Of a DNA stretch of 64,000 nt, positions 1 through 11,655 are shown in pieces. How positions within the stretch are numbered: position 1 is the stretch's first letter; each line of letters opens with the position of its first letter. The notes beneath the pieces are model-generated. The model had not been told where the DNA came from. It did no database searches and saw nothing but the letters and a program-made list of their open reading frames with translations. The translations under genes and the position numbers were made by a program. The stretch is from Eledone cirrhosa (Eukaryota), in contig OZ024741.1 of the NCBI GenBank assembly GCA_964016885.1, positions 119,660,001-119,724,000 of the forward strand. The letters run 5' to 3'.

Positions 1-826
1 CCATGCATTTGAGAGGAAAAATCCAGCGTCCACATACTCCCTCCACAACGCTCAAATCAAGAAGTCCTCTTGTGAACGTGACCTGGACATTACTGTCAGC
101 AGCGATTTGCATTGGACAAAGCGCATCTCTAAAATTGTCAAGAAGGCTGAGGGTGTCTTGGCATCACTCAGCAAGACCTTTGTTAGCCGCTCTCCAGCCA
201 TCTATTTAAAGCTGTATACAGCTATGGTATGACCACACTTGGAATTCACATCATCAGTCTGGAACCCCTATCTTGCTCAGAACATTGACCTCCTGGAAAC
301 TGTTCAGAGATGTGCAACCAAGCGGATACCCTCTATCAGACACCTACCATACTCTGAACGCCTTGCTTCCCTGGGCATGGATTCATTGAAGCTCCGACGT
401 CTGGCAATGGACTTGGTAAACACCCACAAAGTTATTAACCATCTTGCCAAAAACAACCCTGAGCACCTTTTTGATCTCCATGTGTCTAACACACATGGAC
501 ATGCCTACAAAATCAGAAAACAGCACAGCTCCCATGACTTTCGGAAACATTTTTTCACGCTTAGAATTGCTGAAGCATGGAACAAACTGCCTGCGTCAGC
601 TGTTAGCTGCTGAGACACTGCATCCTTTAAAACCCTCATGCTTCCCGAAATTTGCCAAAACTACACCTGATGTCCCCCTTCCATACACATGCACACGTTT
701 ATATCATGATTCATGCACTGTTCATTTTCCTGACGTTTGTACATTACCCTATGTACTATACATACACTTTTGATGAGTTGTAGTGCACCTGAGCACTGTA
801 CACAATATTTTCATTATTATTATTAT
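1..826 (+). mobile_element. CR1/L2-clade LINE, degenerate 3' fragment
   Basis: ORF 239-613 reads VWNPY..NIDLLETVQRCATK..YSERL..LRR..HGH..K..RKHFF..R....WNKLP, the typical CR1 ORF2 C-terminus; short 3' UTR ends in (ATT)n near 813-826. Confidence 0.85.
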
Positions 827-898
827 AATTTCAAAAACTAATGTAGAAAATCTTAAATCTTAGGCATGTTTGCATATAGAGCTTGAAACCACCCCTGA

Positions 899-2062
899 TT
901 CATCCTCATCATCATCATTGTTTTAATGTCCACTTTCCCTGCTAGCAAGGGTTGGACAGGTCTACATAGACCAAGTCAGTACTAAAGCGGTCGCTACTGA
1001 TCTTTCAGACAAGCCAGGGATCTATTGTTTTGCTTATGTACAGTCTCATGTTCTATTGAGTGCACAGGAGAGGTTATCATGAGGGGCCTCTCGACCCTTT
1101 CTTTGGCAAGCTTTCTCCGGCTGGATGCCTTTCCTATTACCAACTACTTTACAGTGTGTACTGGGTGTGTTTATCATGTAGATCACCAAACACTAGGGAG
1201 TCTTGTATGATTGAAGGATTCTCCCAACCCTTTGTTTGGCAAGCCTTCCATGGCTGGATGTCCTTCCCATCACCAACCACTTCATAAGGAGGGCAGTAGC
1301 TAGGAGCATCTGTGGGGTGGGTGCATGGGGTGATTTTGAAGTCAGCTCTTACAACCTCTACCACAGCTTAATTCCACTGGCATTTCTTGGCACTTCTTCA
1401 CCCAACAATCATTGTCCATGTGCATCACATATCCAAATCAATGCAGTCTTCTCTCATGCACATCACTCGGATTCCTCTTAAACCCAGCTTCTCGCTCAAA
1501 TCATTCAAGCTCTGCCTTTCTCTCACACTTACATTGCAGATCCAATGGAGCATAGTTGCTTAATTTCTCTCCAGTCTATGCATATCCTCTGCAGTCACAG
1601 CCCATGTTTCATTACCATGCAGCATCACACTTTGCACACAGACATCATACAGGTGTCCTTTTATACATTGGGAGAAACCTGTTGTGATCAACAGTGGGAG
1701 TAGCTCTCTGGACTTTTTCCATCCGATACTTATTATGCTTTCAGAGCACCCTCTTCATTGCTAATTACGGCACCTATCTAGCAGAAGCTATCAACCACTT
1801 CTATGGGTCCTTCCTGTGATTGGAATAGGTTTACATCACTGTTACTCTTTTCCTTGGTTACCTCTGTGCATCTTCTACAAAATCTTACATTCCTGTTAGT
1901 CTACCCATTATCCCACTACATCTCTTGTGTACCCAAGATTTACATTGTGTACACAGTATGGAATTTATGCCTACTCCTTTTCTACATATTGAGCAGGGCC
2001 ACTTCCCTGAAGGAATCAGAGTCCTTTCTTCTCTTCTACTCATTAGCACTTTAGTTTTGTTG
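899..2062 (-). mobile_element. RTE LINE (PHD-containing family), degenerate 3' fragment
   Basis: (CAT)n tail at ~901-918; 1380-2060 resembles the reverse complement of the RT C-terminal region of the 9735-11585 copy. Confidence 0.75.
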
Positions 2063-2201
2063 ATTGATCTGGAGAAAGCTTTTGATAGGGTCTCACAAGG
2101 GCACTGAGAGTGGAGGATTGATTGGTTAGAGAAGGAAAAATGATCTTAAAATGCTTGTTGTTGTTGTTAAAATTCTTATATATGAAATTATGGTTTTTCA
2201 G

Positions 2202-2324
2202 AAATACCAAATAAAGGCTGGAGATATTGTACTGAAAGTTTTTGATCGAGTCATGGTACAAATACATATTGATAAATCTAATGTACAGCACATGAAACTT
2301 CATCTTGACCTCGTTGAACCAAAG
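2202..2324 (+). CDS. DIS3: Exosome exonuclease/endonuclease RRP44/DIS3, penultimate coding exon
   Basis: tttttcAG acceptor and GTaaac donor; 123 nt, phase 0; KYQIKAGDIVLKVFDRVMVQIHIDKSNVQHMKLHLDLVEPK resembles the DIS3 C-terminal S1 region (VFDKV.V.I.LD.SN.QH.K....LVEP). Confidence 0.88.
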
Positions 2325-2609
2325 GTAAACAGACTAATTTGTATTTTGTCTTCCTCATTACAGACACATACACATGCAGTGACACACATACACACACAAA
2401 CACACATGCATATATAGATACACACATACTCACAGACACACAGAACCACACACATACAGAAATACACACACACATGCACAGAGATGCAAACTGGCCATAT
2501 AGGTATTTGCTGCTAATTTGTGTAAAAAAATAAACAGTTGAAAGTATGTCTAGGGAAGCTGAAGTCATAGATGCTGCACAAAGATTGAACTAAACATGGA
2601 ACACACCAC

Positions 2610-2756
2610 ACCTTAGCTAAGCAGTGAAAACACACCTCCGGCCCTCAGCGGTCAGTCAGTACTACCTTAGCTGAGCAGTGAAAACACACCTCCGGCCCTC
2701 AGTGGTCAGTCAGTACTACCTTAGCTGAGCAGTGAAAACACACCTCTGGCCCTCAA
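2610..2756. repeat. 54-bp tandem repeat, ~2.7 copies
   Basis: accttagctgagcagtgaaaacacacctccggccctcagcggtcagtcagtact-type unit starts at 2610, 2664 and 2718. Confidence 0.9.
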
Positions 2757-3014
2757 CAGTCTATTACATATCAAGTGCTACATTGCAAAATGTTTTCTTT
2801 ATTTTTTAAGACAGTAGATTATGATATGAAGGAGAGGTGGCTGCTATTTGATATATATAAAACTGCTTGGCACTGCAGTCAGGAGTTTACATATCTCTAT
2901 ACCCACTCTGCATCTCTCCATGCATTGAGTACTCTCATGATTAGTGGTCATCCCAGCCCCAGTACTGCAGACTCTCTCTCATTCTCTCTCTCTCTCATAT
3001 ATATATAATGTCCA

Positions 3015-3206
3015 TAATAAAAAGCACCCAGTACACACTATTAATGTGGTTGGCATTATGAAGGGCATCCAGCCGTAGAAACCAAGCCAAAATCGGTCCA
3101 GTTTGAGCAGGACACGGTCATCTGCTGTGGTTTGTCTCATATCTGGACAACTCATCTAACCTATGCTAGTGTAGTAAAATGGATGTTAAATGGTGATGAT
3201 GATGAT
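3015..3206 (+). mobile_element. RTE 3' UTR / RTE-tailed SINE remnant
   Basis: aaaagcacccag..gaagggcatccagccgtagaaa..(GAT)n tail shared with the RTE 3' ends at 11400-11585 and 26830-27076. Confidence 0.75.
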
Positions 3207-3272
3207 ATATCATCACCATTTAACATCCATTTTACTACACTAGCATAGGTTAGATGAGTTGTCCAGATATGA
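3137..3272. repeat. Perfect inverted repeat with ~64-bp arms
   Basis: 3137-3200 is the reverse complement of 3209-3272, centred on the GAT tail. Confidence 0.9.
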
Positions 3273-3410
3273 ACAGTCAGATGTCAGTTTACCTAGACAA
3301 AAACAATGCAGTTATTAATAAGAGTTGGCCTTAATGCATGCAAGATTTCACTGCTCTAGCATCACTCCTTCATAGTCAGCCTATGAAGTTTTCAGCCTAC
3401 CATCATATGT

Positions 3411-3668
3411 ATCATCATCATAACTGTTTGACATCCATTTTTCCATGCTAGCATGGGTTAGACGAGTTGTCCTGTTGTAGGCAATGCCAGGTCAGGTGAC
3501 CATGTCTTGCTCATACAGAACTGATTTTTGGCTTGATTTCTACAGCTGGATGCCCTTCCTAATGCCAACCTCATTTACAGTGAGTACTGGGTACTTTTTG
3601 TTGTGACGCCTACACGGCCACTTTACAGTGTGAACTGGGTGCTTTTTGTCATGACACCTACACGATGT
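3411..3668 (-). mobile_element. RTE 3' UTR / RTE-tailed SINE remnant
   Basis: (CAT)n followed by ctacagctggatgcccttcctaatgccaacc, the reverse complement of the RTE 3' UTR motif. Confidence 0.75.
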
Positions 3669-3705
3669 ATATATGTATTTGTATATATATATATATATAT
3701 ATATA

Positions 3706-3785
3706 AAGTGTCTTGTGTTGTTTCCTTGAGCAAGACACTTTATTTCACATTACTCCAGTTTACTCAGCTGTAGAAATGAGATGAT
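3706..3785 (+). mobile_element. SINE central-domain fragment
   Basis: gtttccttgagcaagacactttatttcac..ccagtttactcagctgtagaaatgag resembles conserved SINE core domains. Confidence 0.5.
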
Positions 3786-3814
3786 AGGGACTGGGGTTCA
3801 TATCATTCCACTGC

Positions 3815-3978
3815 AAAGAGGTCGTGGAGGTGCCACGGCAAAAAAGCACCCAGCACTCACTATAAATGAGGGTGGTGTTAGGAAGGGCATCCAGCTGTAG
3901 AAATCAAGCCAGAATCAGTTCCCGTCCCACCCTTGCAAGCAGGGAAAAGTGGACGTAAAATGATGATGATGATGATGA
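3815..3978 (+). mobile_element. RTE 3' UTR remnant
   Basis: ggaggtgccacggcaaaaaagcacccag..gaagggcatccagctgtagaaatcaagcc..(GAT)n, nearly identical in parts to 26817-27076. Confidence 0.8.
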
Positions 3979-4416
3979 TATGTGTGTGTGTGTGTATATA
4001 TATATATATACACATAAAGAATCCACGAGCACTCAAAAAAACAGCAGTCTTTAAGGCAATATTGTTTCTTTAAAAAAACTCAAAAAGTTTGATTAGACTT
4101 TGCAGAAACATGTGGCTTATAGCAGACTCTTCATTTGAGCATAGGTTAAAATTACATGAAGTATTTCTTCTATTTAGAATCTGCTATAGTCAAATTAGGT
4201 GGTTGACTTAATCCATTGCCCAGTAAAACACCACCACTTGGCAATTGTGAAGCCTTTAGTAGAGTCCATTTTATTGAAAGCACCTACACAAAAATGTTGT
4301 CATTCATCACCACCACCAATACTACCATCACCAACATCAGATGTACCACCACCAACATCAGCAGTACCATCACCATCACCAACACTAGCAGCAGCAGTAC
4401 CACCGCCAACATCACT

Positions 4417-4640
4417 ATCATCATCATCATCATCTTACGTACGTTGTTCCACGCTTGCAGGGGCTGGATGGGTCCTTCTCAATACAGCATCTCTCCACTT
4501 GTCACATTCTTTTGTCAGCTCCTCAGTGAATTTTAGTGATCTGAGATCAGCTCTCACCACTTCCATCCAGGTCTTCCTTGATCTTCCTCTACAGTAGCTT
4601 CCTTCCATTAGGAATACTTGGCACTTTCTTTTTCAACCAG
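4417..4640 (-). mobile_element. RTE 3' fragment
   Basis: (CAT)n tail followed by the reverse complement of a GR.RKTW.EVV..DL coding block, similar to 30049-30270. Confidence 0.7.
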
Positions 4641-4678
4641 CTACCATCAATGAACAGATATTATTTTATAGCTGCATG

Positions 4679-4709
<31 letters not shown>

Positions 4710-4736
4710 ATACATATATACATCGTGTAGGTGTCA

Positions 4737-4781
<45 letters not shown>

Positions 4782-4825
4782 AATACATATATACATCGTG
4801 TAGGTGTCATGACAAAAAGCACCCA

Positions 4826-5010
4826 GGGCGGTGGATTGGCAGTATCGGTAGAGAGTCGGACGCCATGCTTTCCAGCATAGTTACGTCCCTTTATGGTCTG
4901 AGTTCAAATCCCGTCGAGGTTAACTTTGCCTTTCATCCTTACGGGGTCGATAAAATAAAGTACCAGTAATGTACTGGGTAATTGCTGGCCTTGTGCCTAA
5001 AGTAGAAACA
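4826..5010 (+). mobile_element. tRNA-derived SINE in the last DIS3 intron
   Basis: A-box-like tggcagtatcgg, B-box-like gagttcaaatccc, conserved core gcctttcatccttacggggtcgataaaataaagtaccag; 18-bp direct repeat attattttatagctgcat at 4660-4677 and 5011-5028. Confidence 0.85.
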
Positions 5011-5044
5011 ATTATTTTATAGCTGCATATTTCTTCTGTTTCAG

Positions 5045-5125
5045 ATTCCTGGCTTCAGTGTTCCTGCTGTATCTACAGAAAACAATCCAGAAGAACCACC
5101 ACCCAAAAAACGTAAAACCTTGTAA
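5045..5125 (+). CDS. DIS3: DIS3 terminal coding exon with basic NLS-like tail
   Basis: ttcttctgtttcAG acceptor; IPGFSVPAVSTENNPEEPPPKKRKTL-TAA continues in frame from LVEPK, matching the DIS3 ending LVEP.IPG.S.P...KK.K. Confidence 0.88.
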   Translation: MPGFSVPAVSTENNPEEPPPKKRKTL

Positions 5126-5279
5126 ACAATGCTCACTGAATTATCACAATTTTTAAATATCTAAGTCATGGTCTTTCTTAAATTGTTCACTCCTAAAACA
5201 CACATACATTCATGCATGCATACACACATAGATATATGCATGCATACACATAGATATATGCATGCATACATATATACAT

Positions 5280-6930
5280 GCATCATCATCATTTTTATAT
5301 CTGTTTCTTTGTGATAAAACTGGGGCCTCCATCATTATAACAGTTGAGAAACCTATTGAGATGTAATCTCGTAAGCCTACATAGGAGTGAGCAGTCTATT
5401 TCTATTTCTTTTAAGTTAAATAGGTCTTCTCCAGTACACCACCTCTCCATTTGTTGTGGCCATTCGTCATCTCCTTTGTGAGGTTCAACATCCTATGATC
5501 CTCTCTGACCACTTCTACCTAAAATATTGTTAGCCTACTTCTATCTCCGTGTCCCTCCACTTATCTCTTTCCTTTGTCATCTTCCCTTGTGAGGTTCAAT
5601 ATCGAGATCAGCTTTCACCACTTCTGTCCAAATCTTCCTTAACCTACCTCTACCACCGTGTCCCTCTACTGCTCTCATCATCACCACATCTGCCTAAGTG
5701 TTCCTTAGCTTACTTCCACTATAGTATCCCTCAACTTTTTTTCCTTTTGTTATCTCCTTTGAGATCAGTCTGATAACTTCTTCCCATGCAGAGCATACTC
5801 GTCTCATTTCTTTTCACTCATCACTCATACTGCATTCAGTGCTCTTTACTTCCATGCAATGTCAGACTTTGTGCACTACAAGTAGTGTACATCTATCCTT
5901 CACTCAGAGAGAGAACCCCTGAGTTACTAGCAGAGCTCCTCAAAGTTTTTCCTCCCAATTCTTACTGTGGCTGCTATGCCTTTGGAGCACCAATCTCAGT
6001 TGCTAATTAGCTCATCTAGGTAAGAGAAGATGTCAACTATTTCTGTGGATCCTTCCAAGCATTAGAAGAATTCATTTCATTAATCCTCTTACTGCTAACT
6101 ACTCCTGTGCAAAAGCCATTGTCCTGTCTGGGAGGTCAGTAGCCCTGGTTCAATACTGACCTGGTGTGTGAAGACCCTCCCAACTCCTGCTAGCAGGGAA
6201 AGCAGACATTAAATGATGATAATGATTATTTATCTTCATAATCAGTTGTGTTAAAGCTTTTTCTGCTAATTTCATAAATTGGTCTATCAGTTTGATATCT
6301 TTGCAGTTGATTCTTTGTAGAGCATCTCCATTGCTCTTGTTCCATGATAGTACTATGTCAGTCATTGGGTATGGCATCTCCCTGTTCTACATTGTTGACT
6401 ATGCAACGGACATACATGGACCCTGTGGTGCTGAGTATTTTCAGCATCCCACTCCTTCTTCATGCATATGAGACATGTCTCAGATTATTATTGTTCGTAT
6501 TATTAGGATCAGAGATCAATAATCAGTTTCCAGGTCCCAATATGAAGAGGTCGACAAACTTGGGCCCAAGCATCCTACTGATAATCCATTCCTAACACAT
6601 ATTCCCCCCACATACATATTAACACTGAAACTGTGTTGTGTAATCCTGAACACTTCCTGCCTCTCATCTCATTGCAATGACAAACCCTTTACTTTCTGAT
6701 CCTTTCTGAGCTACATGCACCTGATGCCTAGTTCCACTGCTAACTTCCTCATATTCTTCCTTGCTTTTCCTTTTTTCCATTTTTTCGAAGCCTATTTCTT
6801 AATTTTTAAGGCTTTCTCTACTGCACTATTCCATCACAATGTCACTTTTTGTCTGGCTGGTTGGCTGGATGGGGAAAAGTTTCCCCAATCACAGATCTTG
6901 TCGGTGGCTCCCAGTTGTTCAGAATGTTAT
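5280..6930 (-). mobile_element. Highly degenerate RTE fragments (approximate limits)
   Basis: (CAT)n tail at ~5280; patchy minus-strand similarity, e.g. GDALQRINCKDIKLIDQFMKLAEK at 6230-6340 versus [24 protein letters not shown]. Confidence 0.55.
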
Positions 6931-7269
6931 AGGTCTATATCTTCTCCTTGTCATCATCATCAACTAAAAATATATATCTTGTTGTAAATAACATCAGAAC
7001 ATTAAAAAAAAATATATACCACATTTGATACTTCTGTTTTATTTGTGTGTGTGTATATACACTTACACACACATATATATATATATATATATTTGAAAAA
7101 AGGAAAAGAATGACTTCACTTGTAGCTCTAAACAATTTAATTTTATATTATAATTTTACAATTTGGTTTTGTAAATCTAGTAAGTTCTTTGTTAACTTCA
7201 GTGGCGAGATTTTTCAAAGATGTCTGGTTAACTTTCCTGGAGAACTTTCTCGCATTCATATCTATGGCG

Positions 7270-8310
7270 GGTAAAATTCCCGAGATCCATGGACGAGTTC
7301 TCTCCAGTGGTCTCTGTCCCTCATTATTGCTGCCATGTCCTGCGTCTCCAAGAGACCAGTGTCTGTCCTTAGGGCATCAACATATGTTAACCTCGGTTTT
7401 CCTCTTCCAGTGTGTCCATCCAGGGGCTCCCACAGGAGCACTGAGTGCAGTGTCAACTCTGGATGTCAGTGAGCATATCCAGCTAACCTCAGTCTCCTCT
7501 GTGTCACTTTTGAGCTGACTTTTGGGAGGCTCCCGTGCAGCTCTGAGTTCTTCATCCTTAGTGTATACTGATTAATGTTCAGAGCCATCCTCAGCATTCT
7601 CGTGTAGGACCGATCCACCATCTGAGTGAGTTTTTTGGTCAGTGTTCAAGTCTCAGACCCGTACAGCAGCACAGACTTCACTACAGCAACGAAGAAGCGG
7701 ATCTTCAGGTCTTTACGAAGGTCCGACTTCCACACCGATCTCAAGCTGTGGCACGCCGCCCAGGCTTTGCTCTTCCTCTCGACTACATCATCTTCCGTAT
7801 TCCCAATCTTTGCTCCCAAATACAGGAAGTCCTCAACCAATTCAAGCGGCTTCCTGCCGACATTAGTAATCTTCTCTGGCTTCTTAATATTCTCTGCCAG
7901 ATATTTTGTCTTAATCTCATTCATTCTCAGCCCCACACTCATTGAGACAGTCTCCACCTCCTGCATCAACTCCTCTGCTTCCTTCACTGTGTTTGTCACC
8001 AAAACTATGTCGTCGGCAAATTCAGCATCCGATATCTTTTTTGCCTTAACTCTCCTGCTCTGAGCCGGTGTTACAGTAAAGCCAGAGTCCTGGTGTATTT
8101 CCTGATGCTGAGGAGGATATTAGAGGGAGCTAGAACAAAGTGCCTTCCTACGGTCATGGTTTTCATTGACTTTAGGAAGACCTTTGATTCTGTGAACCGT
8201 GACTGCTTTATGAAGATCTTACAGGATTATGGAATCCCCAAGAAGATAGTGGACCTGATTTCACTGCTCTACACCAACACCAAAGCCCAAGTCATTACAC
8301 CTGATAGGAT
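7270..8310 (-). mobile_element. RTE LINE, second family (no PHD), 3' part with an inverted 5' piece (8097-8310 on +)
   Basis: Minus ORF 7646-8002 (..LRMNEIKTKY..FLYLG..SVLLYGSET) and plus fragment LMLRRILEG..FIDFRKTFDSV; both match 40517-41905. Confidence 0.85.
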
Positions 8311-9446
8311 GAGACCATACCAACATAGTCTTCTCTTGAGTAAACAACATCTGATTTCTCTTATTCCTAATTTCTCCCTTAGTTCATTTATGCTTTGCCG
8401 TTCACGTATATTACTATTACACATCCAACGGAGCATGCAAGCTTCATTCCTCTCTAGTCTGCGTATATCCTCTGCACACAATGCCCAAGTCTCACTGCCA
8501 TGTAACATTGCTGTTCGTATGCAGGCATCATACAGCCTGCCTTTCATTTTTAGAGAGAACCCTTTAGCGGCCAATAGTGGTATAAGCTCTCTGAACTTTT
8601 TCCATCCCGTTCTGACTCTAGCTACTGTACTTGCAGAGCATACTCCACCACTGCTGATTTTGTCACCCAGGTAACGGAAGGTGTCCACTATTTCTATAGA
8701 ACCATCTGTGCAATGGAATGAGCTAGTATTCTGTGGGCACTTGCTGCTATTTATTGCACCTGAGAACCGGCCACATATAAAATCTATATTCTTAGTTTGC
8801 TTACCTGTGATCCCACTACATCTTTTATGCACCCATACTTTGCATTTGGGACATAAAATGGAGTTTCTGCCTACTCCTTTCCTACACACTGAGCATGGCC
8901 ATTTCCCAGATGGGACCAGTGCCCTATTTTCCTTCCTACAAACTAGAACTTTAGTCTTAGACAGGTTAATTTTAAGGCCTTTTGATTCTAGGCCATGCTT
9001 CCATGTTTGGAATTTCTTCTCTAGTTCAGCCATTGATTCAGCTATGAGCGTTAGATCATCTCCGTATAGAAGTTCCCATGGGCAGCCGGTCTTGAACTAC
9101 TCTGTTATAGCCTGAAGGGCAATAATAAATAGTAGGGGGCTAAGGACGGAGCCCTGATGAAACACCAATTTTTACGCTAAACTCTTCACTATATTCGTTG
9201 TTAATTCTAACCTTGCTGACTGTTTCTTTACACATGGCTTGTATAGCTCTCACAAGCCATTCATCAACACCTAGTTTTCTAAGGGCCCACCAGATAACCG
9301 AGCGGGGTACTCTGTCAAAGGCTTTCTCCAAGTCAACAAAAGATAAGTATAGGGGTTTACTTTTAGCTAGGTACTTCTGTAGTTGTCGTACAATGAAAAG
9401 AGCGTCTGTTGTACTTTTACCTGACACAAACCCGAACTGCATTTCG
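8311..9446 (-). mobile_element. RTE LINE RT fragment, frameshifted
   Basis: ORFs 9140-9577 and 8269-9033: [26 protein letters not shown]-like C/H block, FRYLG, LHGSETW. Confidence 0.9.
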
Positions 9447-9686
9447 TATATATGTATGTATATATATATATGTATATATGTATGTGTATATATATATATG
9501 TATGTATATATGTATGTGTATATATATATGTATGTATATATGTATGTGTATATATATATGTGTATATATATATGCATATATGTATGTGTGTATATAAATA
9601 TGCATATATGTATGTGTGTATATATATATATGTGTGTGTATATATATGTATGTGTGTATATATATATATGTGTGTGTATATATATG

Positions 9687-9720
<34 letters not shown>

Positions 9721-9734
9721 TGTATATATATACA

Positions 9735-11584
9735 TAGCAGCATCATCGTTAACTGTTATAAGGGTAAAGGAGACGCCCTAGATAGGAGTAACTATAGAGG
9801 CATTAAATTAATCGACCAGGTCATGAAGGTCACGGAAAAAGTAATAGCGCAACTAATCAGAGAGAGAATTGACCTAGATGAAATGCAGTTCGGGTTTGTG
9901 TCAGGCAAAAGTACCACAGACGCTCTTTTCATAGTACGACAACTACAGGAGAAGTTCCTAGCTAAAGGTAAACCCCTCTACTTAGCTTTTGTCGACTTGG
10001 AGAAAGCCTTCGACAGAGTCCCCCGCTCCATTATCTGGTGGGCTCTTAGAAAACTAGGCGTTGACGAATGGCTTGTGAGGGCTATACAAGCCATGTATAA
10101 AGAAACAGTCAGCAAGGTTAGAATTAACAACGAATATAGTGAAGAGTTTAGCGTAAAAGTTGGCGTCCATCAGGGCTCTGTTCTCAGCCCCCTACTATTT
10201 ATTATTGCCCTTCAGGCTATAACAGAGGAGTTCAAGACAGGCTGCCCATGGGAACTCCTATACGCAGACGACCTGACACTCATAACGGAATCAATGGCCG
10301 AGCTAGAGAAGAAATTCCAAACATGGAAGCATGGCCTAGAGTCAAAAGGACTTAAAATTAACCTGGCTAAGACCAAAGTTCTAGTTTGTAGGAAAGAAAA
10401 CAAGGCGGCGGTCCCTTCTGGGAAATGGTCGTGCTCGGTGTGTAGGAAAGGCGTAGGTAGAAACTCCATTTTATGTCCTAAATGCAAAGTATGGGTGCAT
10501 AAAAGATGTAGTGGGATCACAGGTAAGCTAACTAAGAACATAGATTTTACATGTGGCCGGTGTTCTGGTGCAATAAGTAGCAGCAAGTGCCCACAAAATA
10601 CTAGCTCTTTCAATTGCGCAGAGGGTTCTATAGAAATAGTGGACAGCTTCCGTTACCTGGGCGATAAAATCAGCAGTGGGGGAGGGTGCTCTGAAAGTAC
10701 TGTAGCTAGAGTCAGAACTGGTTGGAAAAAGTTCAGAGAGCTTATACCACTATTAGCTGCTAAAGGGTTCTCCCTAAAAATGAAAGGCAGGTTGTACGAT
10801 GCCTGCATACGAACAGCAATGTTGCATGGCAGTGAGACCTGGGCATTGTGTGCAGAGGATATACGCAGACTAGAGAGGAACGAAGCTTGCATGCTCCGCT
10901 GGATGTGTAACAGTAATATACGTGAACGGCAAAGCATAAACGAACTAAGGAAAAAAATTAGAGATAAGAGGGATCAGATGTTGTTTACTCGAGAGAAGGC
11001 TACGTTGGTATGGACACGTGATGCGCATGAAAGTCGATAGCTGTATAACAAAGTGCAGGGCAATAAAGATAGACGGTAGCCACGGAATAGGCAGACCTAG
11101 AAAAACCTGGGACGAGCTGATAAACTCCGACCTCACACACTTACACCTCTCCAAGACAATGTCACTGGACCGAGACCTTTGGCGGTACTCAGTAATAGAG
11201 AAGACCCGCCTTGCCAGTAGGCATCTCTAACAAAATACACCCCGTCCCGCCCCCACCCCCACCCATCCACACCACCCCGTTCTATGTAAAGTTATGTTGG
11301 TGCCGCGCCATCCAGGCCGAAACAAATGATATCGTGTAGGTGTCACGACAAAAAAACACACAGTCCACGCTGTAATGTGGCCGTGTAGGCAACACGGTAA
11401 AAACCTCCCAGACCCACACTGTAAATGTGGTTGGTGTTAGGAAGGGCATCCAACTGTAGAAAACCTGCCAGACAGTCCTATGCGAGCAAGACAATCACTC
11501 TTGCCTCAAGTGGGACTACCCCCGTCCAAACCCATGCAAGCGTGGAACACGGACGTTAAACGTTGATGATGATGATGATGATGA

Positions 11585-11585
<1 letters not shown>
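9735..11585 (+). mobile_element. RTE LINE, 5'-truncated (RT + 3' UTR + (GAT)n tail)
   Basis: ORF 9616-11040 from YKGKGD: [31 protein letters not shown]; frameshift to GRPRKTW in ORF 11018-11230; tail at 11564-11585. Confidence 0.95.
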
Positions 11586-11625
<40 letters not shown>

Positions 11626-11655
11626 GTATATATATGTGTGTGTATATATGTATAT

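Noticed and set aside
2536-2593. Possible alternative DIS3 exon (ESMSREAEVIDAAQRLN*)
   Set aside because: No polypyrimidine tract, and its phase is incompatible with the phase-0 donor at 2324
2610-2756. CRISPR-like look of the 54-bp repeat (also the 60-bp repeat at 28971)
   Set aside because: Head-to-tail units with no unique spacers, in a eukaryotic context without cas genes
4199-4597. Pro/Ser/Thr-rich ORF
   Set aside because: Degenerate CAC/CAT trinucleotide tail plus antisense RTE sequence inside the DIS3 intron
4826-4920. tRNA gene
   Set aside because: A/B boxes are present but there is no cloverleaf, and the sequence continues into a SINE core with a TSD
8311-11040. Head-to-head RTE pair as a single inverted duplication
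   Set aside because: The copies differ at many positions (e.g. KQTKNIDFICGRF versus KLTKNIDFTCGRC), so independent insertions at one TA array are more likely
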